A stretch of 64,000 nt of DNA, taken from contig NC_068982.1 in NCBI RefSeq assembly GCF_001194135.2, positions 177,143,671-177,207,670 of the forward strand, in the 5' to 3' direction. The translations under genes and the position numbers were made by a program. Under the pieces are notes generated by a model. That model was not told the DNA's origin, searched no databases, and saw nothing but the letters and a program-made list of their open reading frames with translations. The stretch is from Octopus bimaculoides. Its lineage: Eukaryota. Below, piece after piece: positions 24,944 to 37,509 of the stretch; position 1 is the stretch's first letter, and each line of letters begins with the position of its first letter.

Positions 24944-26519
24944 AAAGCGATAAGAAAGATAATGCACTAACATAAAAGAACACAAATAAAAATAACAAAA
25001 GGCCAGCATGGATTTTTTTTAATTATTAATATGAGCAGGAAGCATTCTGATTAATTATAGCAATCTACATTATCACAAAACCACTGACATCCGCAATATT
25101 ATACTCATCAACATTATCGTAATCATTAGTCTATACTGGTGCGTATACACAAGCACTTCCGTTACTTGGTCAATCCATATGACTGACTGAACAAGTTTGT
25201 TTTATTTTAGCCCATGTTTCTGTTTATGTGCATATCTGAGACAGGAACATTCTTTAACTCTTTTTTTCCTGTATTATTTGTTCGTTTTCTTCTCATTCTT
25301 TCCACCTTTTGAACACCCACTAGCAATTCAGTCGACATGAAGAAGCCATAGCAGAAAACATAACACTATGTATGAAATATGAAGCTTCTTTAACTAAGAC
25401 ATTATTGGCAACAACGTTACTGAAAGCCCTAGAACAGCGTTGAAAATTGATAAAATAGCCGAAGTTTCTGTTATTTATGTATGTCCTCTCTGGACGTGTA
25501 ACTTAGAGATAACGGAATTTTTAAGATATTGTCAAAACACATATACATATCCACACATAAATATACACATGCATGCCTACACACACGTTCATATTGTTAT
25601 TTGTTGGCTGATAATACTACAAGATTTGCTCAAGAGCTTAGAGTTTCATATTAAAATTTACAGCTTATGAAATAATCTTAATAAAGTGATTTGGAACAAA
25701 ACACAAGGCACTTAAATAACTATAATACCTTCAGCTAATGAAGCATGGTGGGAAAAAGAGGCAAATGAGAGAAATATATGAAATCTGGAATTGCAACATC
25801 GTAAATTTACACCTTATGTCGTTTGCAGAGTGCATGGGTAAATAGCGATTCATATTCGGCATAAGTGTACACAAATCCCTTTAATACACTTGCTGAGTAG
25901 TTGAAAGTAAAATTTATTGTCCTCAACATTGATACGAACGTCTGTCGCACATAATTGTGTGTATCTGTATATAATGTTTCTAAGTGATTGTGTGTCTGTA
26001 TATTTCTATGTGTGTATGTGTGTGTGTGGTTTTTTACACATTGGATCCGAAACTTATGTATTGGACCCGAAACTTATGAATTAAATTAATAACTCAAACT
26101 CAATAACTCCAGTGTTGTATCACTAATTGCAAGGAAGTGGGTATGGTTAATTGAATTGACCACCTTACATTACTGAGTTATTCCGTGTAATAAAAACAAA
26201 ATATCCAGTATCCTTAATTCGCAATTGGGTCAGCTCTTTTGGCCGCTGGTAGAGTTTAAAACGTGAATCAGGCATTGGTATTCTGCTCTAAGAATACTAA
26301 TTACTAAATTTATCATAATGGATAGGATCAGAAGTCCAAAACTTATCTCAAGACTCCTCTAGGAGTCGCTTATCATCATTTTGTATAGCTGTACTGTAAT
26401 TTATATCTAAAGAATTGCTGATATAGAGCGCTCTTTCCTTATCTTTTAAATTACACATCGACAGTTTACAGGCTAAATATTAATATTCTCATAAATAATA
26501 TCGTTAAGCTATTACATCA

Positions 26520-26607
26520 TGATGACATTAGGTCATTGTGTCATTAAGTCATTATGACATTAGGTCATCGTGATAGTAGGTCAAGATGACATTAGATTAC
26601 TATGACA
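26520..26607. repeat. Degenerate minisatellite built on ATGACATTAGGTC
   Basis: atgacattag(g) recurs at about 26522, 26554 and 26586, with partial units between. Confidence 0.7.
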
Positions 26608-27354
26608 GTAAGCAATTGAGACTACAACAGTTGGTTTGAAGTGAATGCTATTATATTTGTCTCCAGCTCATCACTAACTGAGCAGACAAATGATGAAATC
26701 ACACCAGCCATGGCCATCATATCTTTCGAAGGACGTCAATCACTATATTTTAGGGACGTTCCTGGAGTGTATAATTTCAAGATTTGCCTGTTAACCCTAA
26801 TAATTAGAGTGATTGTGAATAAGTTATACCTGTAAATTAACGGAGAAATGCGCTGGAAGGTCTGTCGACATTAATGAAAGAAACGTCAATATACAGCAAG
26901 GTTGTAAACTAAAAGGAAATTTAGGCCGCTGGACTTAAGTTAATTCACTTAAAGCATAGCAACGTGATCTGTTACGAGTTACGAGTGCCTTTCAAAAGGT
27001 AAAACTGTGTAGCTACACAGAGACCACAAATCGGAAGCAATCGTATGTTGAATATTATTTACTTTTGGTTATATCTTCAGTTGAATATGTAAAGTTACTA
27101 ACGTCAAAATATTCCCTTTCTATTCTTTATATGTGTTTGTGTGTGTGTGTGTGTGTGCGTGTGTGTGTGTGTGTGTAAGCGTGTTTGTGTGTATGTATAA
27201 TGTATGCATGTATATGCATACGTACAAACATATATGTATCATATATCTTCATCTGTATGCCTGTCTATCTGTGTGTTGATGCATGGATGTATGCATGCAT
27301 TTACGTATGCACGTGTGAATGCATGCATGTACGTGGGTGTATGTATGTATGTAG

Positions 27355-27403
27355 GTATGCAGGTAGGTAGGTAGGTAGGTAGGTAGGTAGGTAGGTAGGT
27401 AGC
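27355..27403. repeat. (AGGT)n microsatellite
   Basis: Read directly. Confidence 0.9.
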
Positions 27404-27694
27404 TAGGTATACATGAAATAGAATTGTGTATTCTGACGTTTGATAATGTGCATTCACATTTGTGCCTTCCAGTCGAGAAACGTTTGTGATAAACGCATTC
27501 ATCAAATATATTAGGGCCGAAAACGAATTGTGTGAAGCACAAAGGATTCAAAAGACATCCGAAAGAAAGAAAGAAATCGAATGACTAAATGATTGAAAAC
27601 ATATTAATAGAACAGGCAGAACATTTGTCACAATTTCCAAAAATGTTTCGTCAACTATTTGATCTTGTAAAGTACTGTATAAATATACACACAA

Positions 27695-27768
<74 letters not shown>

Positions 27769-27844
27769 ACACCCACACACACACACACATACACACACAC
27801 ACACACAACACTCAAACACAAGCACGAAAAACACATTACACACA

Positions 27845-27990
27845 TGTTGCTGGCGATTTCGCCTTTCCCTTTCCGACGAAGAACTATGCTCGAAACGTCA
27901 AACTTTCTCTTTTCACCGAGCTTCAAGCTGATACATATCTTGTGCACGTCCACGTATTGTCCATTAGTTTTACTCGTTGTCTTGAACTGA
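27845..27990 (+). mobile_element. PLE-associated pLTR-like repeat (same family as 18111-18300)
   Basis: gaaacgtcaaactttctcttttcaccgagcttcaagctgatacat aligns by eye with the 18.2 kb copy. Confidence 0.55.
27869..27903 (+). ncRNA. Minimal type I hammerhead ribozyme motif (partly decayed)
   Basis: CUUU CCGACGA A GAAC UAU GCUC GAAA CGUC AAAC: GUC cleavage triplet, ACGU palindromic stem III, stem II with one mismatch, U4C in the core. Confidence 0.6.
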
Positions 27991-28047
27991 CTGTACATAT
28001 ATATGTATATTATAATGGAATAAGTACTATGAAGCATTGTGTAGAAT

Positions 28048-28297
28048 ATATTGTATAAAAGATCGTGGGTAAGACCAAAACAATGCGAAGTAAATGCAAG
28101 TTAAATCACAAGAAAACAAATATGCGAATTAATGTAGATTTACATTGTATTCAATAAATTTCTTGAAAATGGGGTCATAATCCTGAAATATTAAATACAA
28201 GGTAAGTCTATATTAATTCGCATATTTGTTTTCCTGGGATTTATCTTGCATTTACTTCGCATTGTTTTGTCCTTACCAACGATATTTTATACAATAT
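28048..28297. mobile_element. Fold-back element, arms about 95 bp, with a hammerhead-like centre
   Basis: aaaacaatgcgaagtaaatgcaag...aaaacaaatatgcgaattaat is the reverse complement of attaattcgcatatttgtttt...cttgcatttacttcgcattgtttt. Confidence 0.85.
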
Positions 28298-28314
28298 GTA
28301 TGTATGTGAGAGAA

Positions 28315-28622
28315 GGCGCGTGGCTTAGTGGTTAGGGTATTCGGCTCACGATTGTAAGGTCGTGAGTTCAATTCCTGGTAACGCGTTGAGCCCTTGAGCA
28401 AGACACTTTATTTCACGTTGCTCCAGTCCATTCAGCTGGCAGAAATGAGTAGTAACTGTATTTCAAAGGGCCGGCCTTGTCACACTCTGTGTCATGCTGA
28501 ATCTCCCTGAGAACTACGTTAAAGATGCATGTGTCTCTGGAGTGCACGTTAATTTCACAAGCAAGCTGTTCTGTTGATCGTATCAGCTGGGACCCTCGTC
28601 GTCGTAACCGACCGAGTGTTCC
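28315..28622 (+). mobile_element. tRNA-derived SINE family C
   Basis: GGCGCGTGGCTTAGTGGTTAGG (A box), GAGTTCAATTCC (B box), CTTGAGCAAGACACTTTATTTCACGTTGCTCCAG, and a tail ending CGTAACCGACCGAGTG. Confidence 0.9.
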
Positions 28623-28627
28623 TTTTC

Positions 28628-29011
28628 GGTGGAGGTGCAATAGCCCCGTGATTAGGGCAGCGGACTTGCGGTCGCAGGATCCTGATTTCGATTCCCAGAC
28701 CGGGCATTGTGAGTGTTTATTGAGCAAAGACAGCTAAAGCTCCACGTGGTTCCGACAGGGGACGGTGGTGAACCCTGCAGTGTTCTTTTACCACGGTTTT
28801 CTCTCATTCTTTCCTTCTGCTTCTGTTGTACCTGTATTTCTAAGGGCCATCCTTGTCACACACTGTCACGCTGAATCTCGCCGAACACTCCGTTAATGGT
28901 ACACGTATCTGTAGAGTTCCTAGCCACTTGCACGTTAATTTCAAGAGCAGGCTGTTCAGTTGATCCGATCAACTGGAACCCTCGTAGTCGTAGCCGACCG
29001 AGTGTCACGCC
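28628..29011 (+). mobile_element. SINE sharing the family C tail but with a different tRNA-like head
   Basis: Head GGTGGAGGTGCAATAGCCCCGTGATTAGGGCAGCGGAC...GATTTCGATTCCC. The tail ccttgtcacac...ctgaatctc...cacgttaatttca...ccctcgtagtcgtagccgaccgagtg matches the upstream copy. Confidence 0.8.
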
Positions 29012-29024
29012 AATATATACATAA

Positions 29025-29112
<88 letters not shown>

Positions 29113-29244
29113 AAAAGATAATAAGAGTGAAAAAACTACAGAAGGCTTGTGTTACATGGTTAAAGTATATATTTAAATTATGTCAGAAAAATGTTAGAAA
29201 AATGTTATAAAATCTTTTTGGTATATAAACATTGTATATATATA

Positions 29245-29637
29245 TATTCTTGTATTTGTTTCAGTCATTTGACTGCGGCCATGCTGGACCACCACCTTTG
29301 GTCGGAGCAAATAGACCCCAGGATTTGTTCTTTGTAAGCCTAGTACTTATTTTATCGGTCACTTTTGCCGAACCGCTATGTTACGGGGACGTAAGCACGC
29401 CAACATCGATTTCCAAGCGATGGTGGGGGGGACAAACTTAGACACACAAACATATACATACATATATATACACGATACGCATCTTAAAATTTCCGTCTAC
29501 CAAATCCACTCACAAGGCTTTGGTCGGCCCGAGGCTATAGTAGAAGACACTTGCCCGAGGTACCACACAGTGGGACTGAACTCGGAACTATGTGGTTGGT
29601 AAGCAAGCTACTTATCACACAGCCACTCTTGCTCCTA
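29245..29637 (-). mobile_element. SINE family A, full length
   Basis: Both the tail (tttcagtcatttgactgcggccatgctgg) and the head (gggactgaactcggaac...cacagccactc) are present, with the internal microsatellite. Confidence 0.9.
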
Positions 29638-29656
29638 TTCATGTATGTGTATATAT

Positions 29657-29805
29657 ACGAGGGGATCCGAAATCTTCGTGTCTTTGGGTAAAATAAAATG
29701 CAGGAGGATTCGTTAATTATGATTTCATTGGACATAATCCCCTCTTATAGTCACACACTCATTGCAGCGGTCCTTCAGTTTTTTTAAGCTCTGGAAAAGA
29801 ACTGC
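29657..29805 (+). mobile_element. Possible mariner terminal remnant
   Basis: TA|CGAGGGG start followed by cataatcccc...cacactcattgcagcggtccttcag, typical of a mariner subterminal region. No partner TIR seen. Confidence 0.4.
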
Positions 29806-29817
29806 ATATATATATAT

Positions 29818-29889
<72 letters not shown>

Positions 29890-30559
29890 GCATTCTCTAC
29901 ACAAATTACATGTTTTGTCGTGCACGTGGACATATGCTTATGTATATATTAATATGGATATTAGATTATAGTTATATTTATTTGAATTTATGTAAATTAC
30001 CATACATTTATACAAATTACCCGCTGTATGAGGACATCCACTTAGATCTATATCGTATAGCAGCTATGCTTACGGGACATACGCATGTAAAAGCATATTT
30101 CCTTCAGTTCTTCATGGGAAAGGCACGTCTGCTGCTCAATCATATGCACAACAAACTGACAAAACACGAACCTTTTACCACCGATTTTAAGATCAATCCT
30201 GTTGCAAGGGACTTCACAATTGCCAAAGTCCCTGAATATCTAGCATCCCACATTTGAGAATTTTGTAGTTCACATTGCGTCACGTGATAGCGTTTGAAGT
30301 GTCGTGAAATCTCACGATGCCAAATACAAAGTGAAGACTTATTACCATCACTTTGAAGTGGAATATTTGGGGATTGTAACGCATGACCCCTAAGGTAGTA
30401 AAGAAGATCTGCAAATAAAAATGTGTGTGTGTGTGCATGTGTATGTGTGTGTGCGTGCGTGTGTGCGTATTTGTGTGTGCGTGTGTGTGTATGTGTGTGT
30501 GCAAAACAGACACTAAAAGTGTCATCATTCATACCGCATCATGCATCTGGGGATAGAGG

Positions 30560-30860
30560 AGGAGAGGCAGTAGAAGGTGAGAGTTCTGAGTGAATGTATG
30601 TAGGATTGGTTTTAGATGAAGAGAAGTGACGAATTAAGATCTTAAGGAACAAAGGAATGAAGAGAGAAAATCATTTCTTGTTCTCAGCGGATGCGGGAGT
30701 CCGGGTGGCATCTGTACAAGAACAGTCCGAACACAGGCAGGTGTTGTAGCGAGTGACCGGTCCAGCTGAGATGGTGCGAAACCGAAGTGTCACTGCTGAG
30801 CCTGATGTCTCGGAGATGTTCAGTGAGTCGGTCAGCGAAGCAAATTCTTTATATATTGAA
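30560..30860 (-). mobile_element. Penelope-like element, GIY-YIG C-terminus (third lineage)
   Basis: ADRLTEHLRDIRLSSDTSVSHHLSWTGHSLQHL...R*EQEMIFSLHSFVP*DLN matches the R..EH...H...GHS...EQxxIFxLxTxxPxGLN pattern. Confidence 0.7.
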
Positions 30861-31312
30861 ATAATATTCATTGGGAAACGATATATACAATGACCAAGCA
30901 AAGCGTTTAACTAATTCATAGCGAAGTGGACTGAGATATCAATATTCCGAATGCATGTGTCACTGAGAAAAATCTAATTTAATTTTTTTTATTTTCTCGA
31001 AACAAGAAGTGACCTTTGAACACATGCCTCTAATGCAACGGGTGCTTGCACACTGGTTCAAATAAAACTAAAAGTTTTTCCAGTTGCTTGTTAAATGAAT
31101 CAATTGAGAATTTCAGCTACACTGTATTTTGTATGAGTCAATCCTACTCTACAATCTAGTTTTAAGTGGCTTTATTGCGGATGGAACATATTGCTTTTGG
31201 CATGATTCCAGCCACTGTATATTCGCTTCGCAGCTGAGATTCTACTCCCTCCAGCAACAAAAATCAAAATTCGAAGTAATCATGTTTCCTCATGCTTGAG
31301 GTCGTTGAAGGT

Positions 31313-31460
31313 TATGATGATGATGATGATGATGATCGTGGAGATAAAAATGTTGATGGTAGTAATGAAAGTGGTTGTGGTAGTGGTGGAATCACTAGAG
31401 CTAATCTTGGAATTAGTAGTGATGGTAGTGGTGTTGGCGATAACAACGCCCACGGCGGCG
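31313..31460. repeat. Degenerate (GAT)n/(GGT)n low-complexity tract
   Basis: Read directly. Confidence 0.8.
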
Positions 31461-32429
31461 ACGTCAGTGTAATATACAAATTTATAAATAAAACGTATAA
31501 AGCCACGTTATTGATTTCGGTTAAGGTAACCAATAACGCATATTCCAAGATAAGTTGTTATTAACCATCCAATAAGTTATTACAATATATTTCTCTCGAT
31601 AAGAAAACTTCTTGTGCTGATAATATCATAAGTGTAATTTTATATCTCACTTACTCGAGCCATGAATCGAATCGACTTTAATGATAGTTATTAACGTTGT
31701 TTTAAAATGTTTTATTGCTTGGTCATAAGAGAGCAGTCATGGTCAAGACCTTTTTCAGGTGTCTGAGACAGACGAGAGGAAATTATCATCTGACCGCAGA
31801 TTTAACATGAGCATTTGCAACAAAATCACCTAATGAGCAGTTGGTGTTGTTGGGTACGTTTCAGTCCTGAGCAACGAACAACATTGGTGTAAGATTTAGC
31901 TGTTAGTTCTTGGACGTTGGTCAACGGTTTAGACATTTTTACCTTTGCTTGAGTTGATAGTAATCTTGATGGAGTACACGACGACGAGATGGCGGAGAAG
32001 GAGGAGGAGGGAGAAGAGAGGAATGTCGACGATGGCTACAGCATAAATTATGAAACTGGTACAGTTGGTATTGATACAGAAAGATAAATTAATCGTATGA
32101 CTAGCAATGAATTGTTTTAAGAAACGTCAATGGCTACCAATGAACAGTTTTTAGAAAGTTACTGAATCGTATAAAATAACTATTATCTTCATGAATTTCA
32201 TAGTCATTCCAACTTTTGATTTTGTGTTTGCTTTGACTCGGTTTGTTTTCAATTTCAAAATATTCGTTATTTCAGTTACACGATTTTTTAAATGGTAAGC
32301 TGAAATCTTGTCTCCCTTGTGTTACACATAGTCATGTTCTTCTCAGATATCCTACTATATAAGTTTCCCTGACGAAATAAACAAATAATTTCTTCATATT
32401 TACTGAATCATTTCTATGCATATAATATT

Positions 32430-32641
32430 CTTTTCTACTCTAGGCACAAGGCCCGAAATTTGGTGGGAGGGGGCCAGTCGATTTGATCTATCCCAGTAAG
32501 CAACTGGTGCTGAATTTATCGACCCCCAAAGGATGAAAGGCAAAGTCGACCTCGGAAGAATTTAAACTCAGAATGTAAAGACAGAAGAAACACCGCTAAG
32601 CATTTCGGCCGGCGTGCTACCGTTTCTGCCAGCTCGCCGCC
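32430..32641 (-). mobile_element. SINE family B, full length with a 19-bp TSD
   Basis: Minus-strand head GGCGGCGAGCTGGCAGAAACGGTAGCACGCCGG. TTTCTATGCATATAATATT is duplicated at 32411-32429 and 32642-32660. Confidence 0.92.
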
Positions 32642-32768
32642 TTTCTATGCATATAATATTACAACATAAATATGAAAGAGGAAAAAACATTGATATGTAT
32701 GGTATATATTCTATTGACAGCAATAACAGATGAGGGAAATCGATCACAGTTGAAGCTTAAATCTGAAT

Positions 32769-32990
32769 CATTGGTTCCAAATCTTTTCGTACCCAAGGAT
32801 CCTTTTTGTTAAATAAATCTGCTTACGAACAAGGCTTCTAAACTGTGCAACTGAATAACTATTTGTAACTGAGTTATTATACATTGTATGGTGTAATCTT
32901 TTAAAATTTTCAACACAGTTACACACCTTTCCCACTAGTAATTTTGTGGGCCCGCAAAAATTCGTGGGAACAAGGTTGAAACCTGCTTTT
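32769..32990. mobile_element. Possible hAT-type MITE (decayed)
   Basis: Left CATTGGTTCCAAATCTTTT and right AACAAGGTTGAAACCTGC resemble Charlie-type CAGTGGTT(C/T)(C/T)CAA(A/C)CTT termini. The match between the two ends is poor. Confidence 0.35.
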
Positions 32991-33069
32991 CTAAACTTAC
33001 AGACGGAGAATTGCAAAAGCTGAAAATGTATTCCTTTGTTTCCATGCTGGAAGACATGCGTTCATATCC

Positions 33070-33425
33070 GAAATAGAATGACTAGCCTTATCAATAATTA
33101 TTTCTGATTTCGGCAAATATTGAACAGTTCTTGAAGAGAGGGGATTAGTCAGCATTATTGACTCCGAGCACTTGATCAGCTTGTTTTATCGGCGCACAAG
33201 GGATGACAAAAAGGAAAATTCTATATAATTTATTAGTCTAAGTGTAACCCCACTTATTTGTTATTGTGTAGTGAACACTTCCCTTTGTTACTATTAATGA
33301 GTTTTGAAGTTTGTATAAATACACACAATCGCTTCTCATTTCTGAATTGGAACTCAAACCGTAAATATCTGCAAGTTAATTGACCCTGGTACTTTATTTG
33401 CACTTATTTTATCGACCCCGAAATG
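33070..33425 (-). mobile_element. Fragments of decayed SINE family B
   Basis: cttattttatcgaccccgaaa and related motifs. Confidence 0.5.
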
Positions 33426-34058
33426 GCACAAACTTCTTTATACATTAGTACTCAAGGGCATGGGCGCAGAACATAAAAAGATCTATACCGAAGCGAAACA
33501 AAAGGAACTAGAAATATAATTCAAATAAGGGTCAGAAGAAAAAAATGAAAATCAGTTTAATCAACTGTTCAACCCGCCTTCACAAATCTGACTTCTTTGT
33601 TTAGTCAAACGAGATACATCATGGTTTTCTTGATGCTACAATGACTCAAGTTACTGTTTTTGTTTCTCCCTAGATATGCAAAGACAAAGCATTCTAATAA
33701 TGAAGCAAGGAAGAGCTTAATGCTTCAGTAACGATATGACATGAACTGATTTATGCATAAGCCAAGACAATCATTTTGGTTGTTTACGACCTCCATATAA
33801 CCCATGTCAACTATCTACATCACAGAATTTCAAAACAAGGAAAGAAAGAAATGCACGCAATAAACTTTAATGCGATCGCAATGTTACTAACGGAAGAGAA
33901 AAAATAAAATTTGCAGAAGTATTCACTACACAACAATCAATATTTGGGGCTACACTAAGATTAATGAATTAAACAGAATTTTCTTGAGTAAATATATTCT
34001 AGCGATTAATATGGAGGAATACCATAGTCATACTGGAACCCGGAATACACACACACAC

Positions 34059-34089
<31 letters not shown>

Positions 34090-34095
<6 letters not shown>

Positions 34096-34400
34096 AGACT
34101 GGAAAGTTCTGTACACACGTGGGAGAGGTATATAAAAAAGAAATGTAAGTTTCACAGAAAGTTTGTATAATAATATTTATGGTGATATTAGAATCATATT
34201 ACATCATTACATCTTTACAAATTAAATAAGTACCGGTTTCACGATCAAACGTTTGTCAACTTATATAGAGAAAACTTTTTGGCTGTCAATAGGACGCCAT
34301 CTTTGAAAAAAAGTGAACAGAGATGAAGCGGTATGTCAATGGGAGCAACTCTTATTTTTTCATGAAGTGATTCAATGTTTTTGGCAAGCATACAGTTACA
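34090..34400 (+). mobile_element. Possible mariner 5' remnant
   Basis: Starts after a TA run and contains KSEQR, like the mariner ExxEQRxxIKF start. Weak. Confidence 0.3.
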
Positions 34401-34719
34401 GGAGTCATTTTATTTTATACAGTTAATTATATTACCGTGCTAGGTTTTAAAGATTAAGCAGTAATGTGTGAATGAGTGTATATGCATATACTTTATGCTC
34501 TAACATCTCATTTTCTCACTTGTAAAATATATATATATATAAGTATGAACAGTAATTTATAACTAAAAATTGTGGTTGGCATACATATATAACTTTTTTG
34601 TATATGTTGAAATTCCATAATTGAATAAAATAAATCAGTCCAATAGAAAATGAACGATAAAGTAATTGCCAAGATATGAATACTTTCTCCATAAGAGTCG
34701 TGTCGGACCTCTCATGACT

Positions 34720-37000
34720 CAGGTTTGAATATAAATGGGTGACCAGGAGTCAAGTAATTAAGTGACAATTAGTAATACAATTAAATTGAATTGATGTTTA
34801 GTTCAGGTTTGTATTTTGGAATGAAATATGTCTCTTTATTGAGTCGGACTTGTGTAGAAGTCTAGTCAGCAAATTTATATAGAGAGAAAATAGTGAATTT
34901 AGTTTGTATCTGTTGCGTATACACATCGATATGTTCACTGAGATAATTTTGGCGGTATTTTGGTGAGGTTATTTGTTGACGATGCACGGTACAACGTTGA
35001 CGGATAGAATACCCCGTGCTACCGATATAGTCTTTCTGGCAGACCGAGGAGAAATTTTATTTAATTGTAAAGTGTTGCCCATGTTTAAAATAGTATTCTG
35101 ACCCTTCCAAAAGGTTGGGGCTTGTACCACTGTTGGGACGATTACATTTTTTTTTACGTTTGGGCTTGTTGTGTAGGGGAATAATTTTGCATTAGTTAGC
35201 AGTTTCTTTAATAACTTAGGTTGTTTGTTGCTTTCGACAATTTTAATGTCACGTAAAATTCTTTTTAGTTTTGGGTCCTTGTGTAGTATTGGTAGCTTGT
35301 GTATGATTGTGCTGAATGCTTCTTTGTTTCTGGAGTTGTATATGGGAATGTAAGGTAGTGTTTTATGGAGAGGTTTGTTAATGTCTTTCATTTTTCTTAA
35401 TGTCTCGGTGTTGATAGATTTGGCACGTTTTATTCCTTCATTAATGAGTTGGATTGGGTAGTGTCTATCCAGGAGGACGTTTTTCAGTTTTTGTAGTCAT
35501 AAATCTCTAGTTTTTCTCTCTGAGACAATAGTGCTGATTCGTCTCGCAAGGTTGAAGGGGATGTTTGTATTTGTGTATCTAGAATGGCAACAGCTAAAGA
35601 GAAGGTATTGTTTTGCATCTGTTGTTTTATAAAATATGTCTGTTTCGATTTGTTGTTGTTTCTTGTTTTTTTTAATTAGAATGTCTAGTAATGGAAGTGC
35701 CTCATGGCTGTATTCCATTGTGAATCGAATGCTTATGTGGATGCAGTTCAGAAGTGTTTTAAATTCTAGGAGTTTGTTTAAGTGGTTGTTTCAGAGTATG
35801 AAACAGTCATCCAAGTATCTCTTCCAATTCTCTTTAATGAATTAGGCGAGAGGGTCTCCAAATTTTCGCAGTGAATTCTGATATATATTTTTTCTACTAA
35901 GAATCCCATTGTGAGGTTAGTAATGGTTGGTGGCCATCGCAATTCAGGATATTTGCTTCCCAAAAACACCGAAGAGCTTCATGAAAAAATAAGAATTGCG
36001 CCCCTAGACATATTGTTTCCGAAACACAGCAGTAATTGACTCACAAAGATGTATGTTTGCAATGCACATCAACTTCTCCAATAAATTTATGAGTTATATA
36101 ATCTCCCCACCCCAATTTAGCCGATCGAACTGTGTTCGCCTTTTTACCCCAAACATTCTCTGGAATACTCCTTCCGTACATTTGTTTTCATACCGCGCAT
36201 CAACTCTATTAATCTAACCAGTGTTACAGAATATAGTATTGCCGTCAGTGATATCTTTCCTTTTTGAAAAAAGAATACAATTTAAAAATAGCCTTTGTAA
36301 ATACCCCAGTACATCAATGGTATTGAGAGGGTGACAAACAAAACCAACCTCATTGAAAGTTTAGTGAAGAGCATGGAAACTAGAAACTGAACACTGTAGA
36401 ACATCTAATCTGTATTATGTCATCGTTGCTAATCTATCATCTTATTGATTAACGAGTTGTAAGGGGAAGGTGTTGGCGTCTGCATTGATTTCCCATACAT
36501 GCCAGCAACATATTTTATTGGCTTGGGGGACTGAAATATAAATATAATTCCGATGAGATATAAATGGCGATTACCGAGAGATAAAATTAAATATCGCACA
36601 GCATACATACTCAAATTGGATATTCCTCATGTATTGTCGTCTATCCAACATCAATACTGATTTTACAAATTCCATACATTTTAAGCGAAGTGTGTAGTCG
36701 ACAGAATTAAGTCCTGTATTTGATATGCATATATTTTCTGGACTAAATATTTTGAAGCTACAATCTAAAAGAAAATAGCGAGATACGTCAGTAAATTTTA
36801 GTTGAAACTCGACCGTCGTTCCTTCTACTTCGCAACAATAAAATGATAATGGTAGAATAATCCTTTGAAACATAAACATATTCCGAGAGTAAGTGAGAAA
36901 CTGATGAGAGAGTCCTTGTGGAAATAAATTAGGGAAAGCGAATATGACGCAGTAATGTGGAAACAGACTATAGCATAACAGATAATAAAACAAAAACATT
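34720..37000 (-). mobile_element. Penelope-like element, RT plus GIY-YIG (longest PLE here, decayed; lineage Z)
   Basis: Minus strand: PKPIKYVAG, TMGFLVEKIY, RYLDDCF (catalytic YLDD), LPLLDILI...IETDIFYKTTDAKQYLLF..CH...NIPFNLARRISTIVS, LPYIPIYNSRN, and KDYIGSTGYSIRQRCTVHRQQI. Confidence 0.92.
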
Positions 37001-37509
37001 CATGTTATAACCTATGAACCTCAATATTATTTATAAAGATTTTCTGATTATTGAGAAGAACTTCAAAGAGATTATAGAAATAAATTACGCAATAAAAAAA
37101 TTTCATATGAGAAAATATAAGCGCCAATTCTGAAATCAAAGGAAGCCCGCATAAATTTCTTAACATATGTACAGTGTTTTCTCATAGGTCGTGGGTAGCG
37201 GGATTAATTTACGTTTCCGCATAAGAATTATTTGGGCCATACGATTCTGTTTCTTTTGCATTTTTGCATGGTATAGTAAGAATGAGAAAAGTTGTTAACA
37301 ACAACAATAACGAAAATAATAATAATAATAACAATAATAAGGACGCAAAAATTATTTGTGGAAATAAGATGACAATGGAAAGTGGCAATTCACATATGTA
37401 CGAATAAACTAAATATCTAGAAAAATGATGAAAAAAATTCCCAAAAGTTACGGATACCACCCACAGATATCTAAGGAACTTCACTGTTCGTGGAACAACC
37501 CAACCAAGA

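Noticed and set aside
31292-31564. D/G/S-rich 90-aa ORF
   Set aside because: Product of a (GAT)/(GGT) low-complexity tract.
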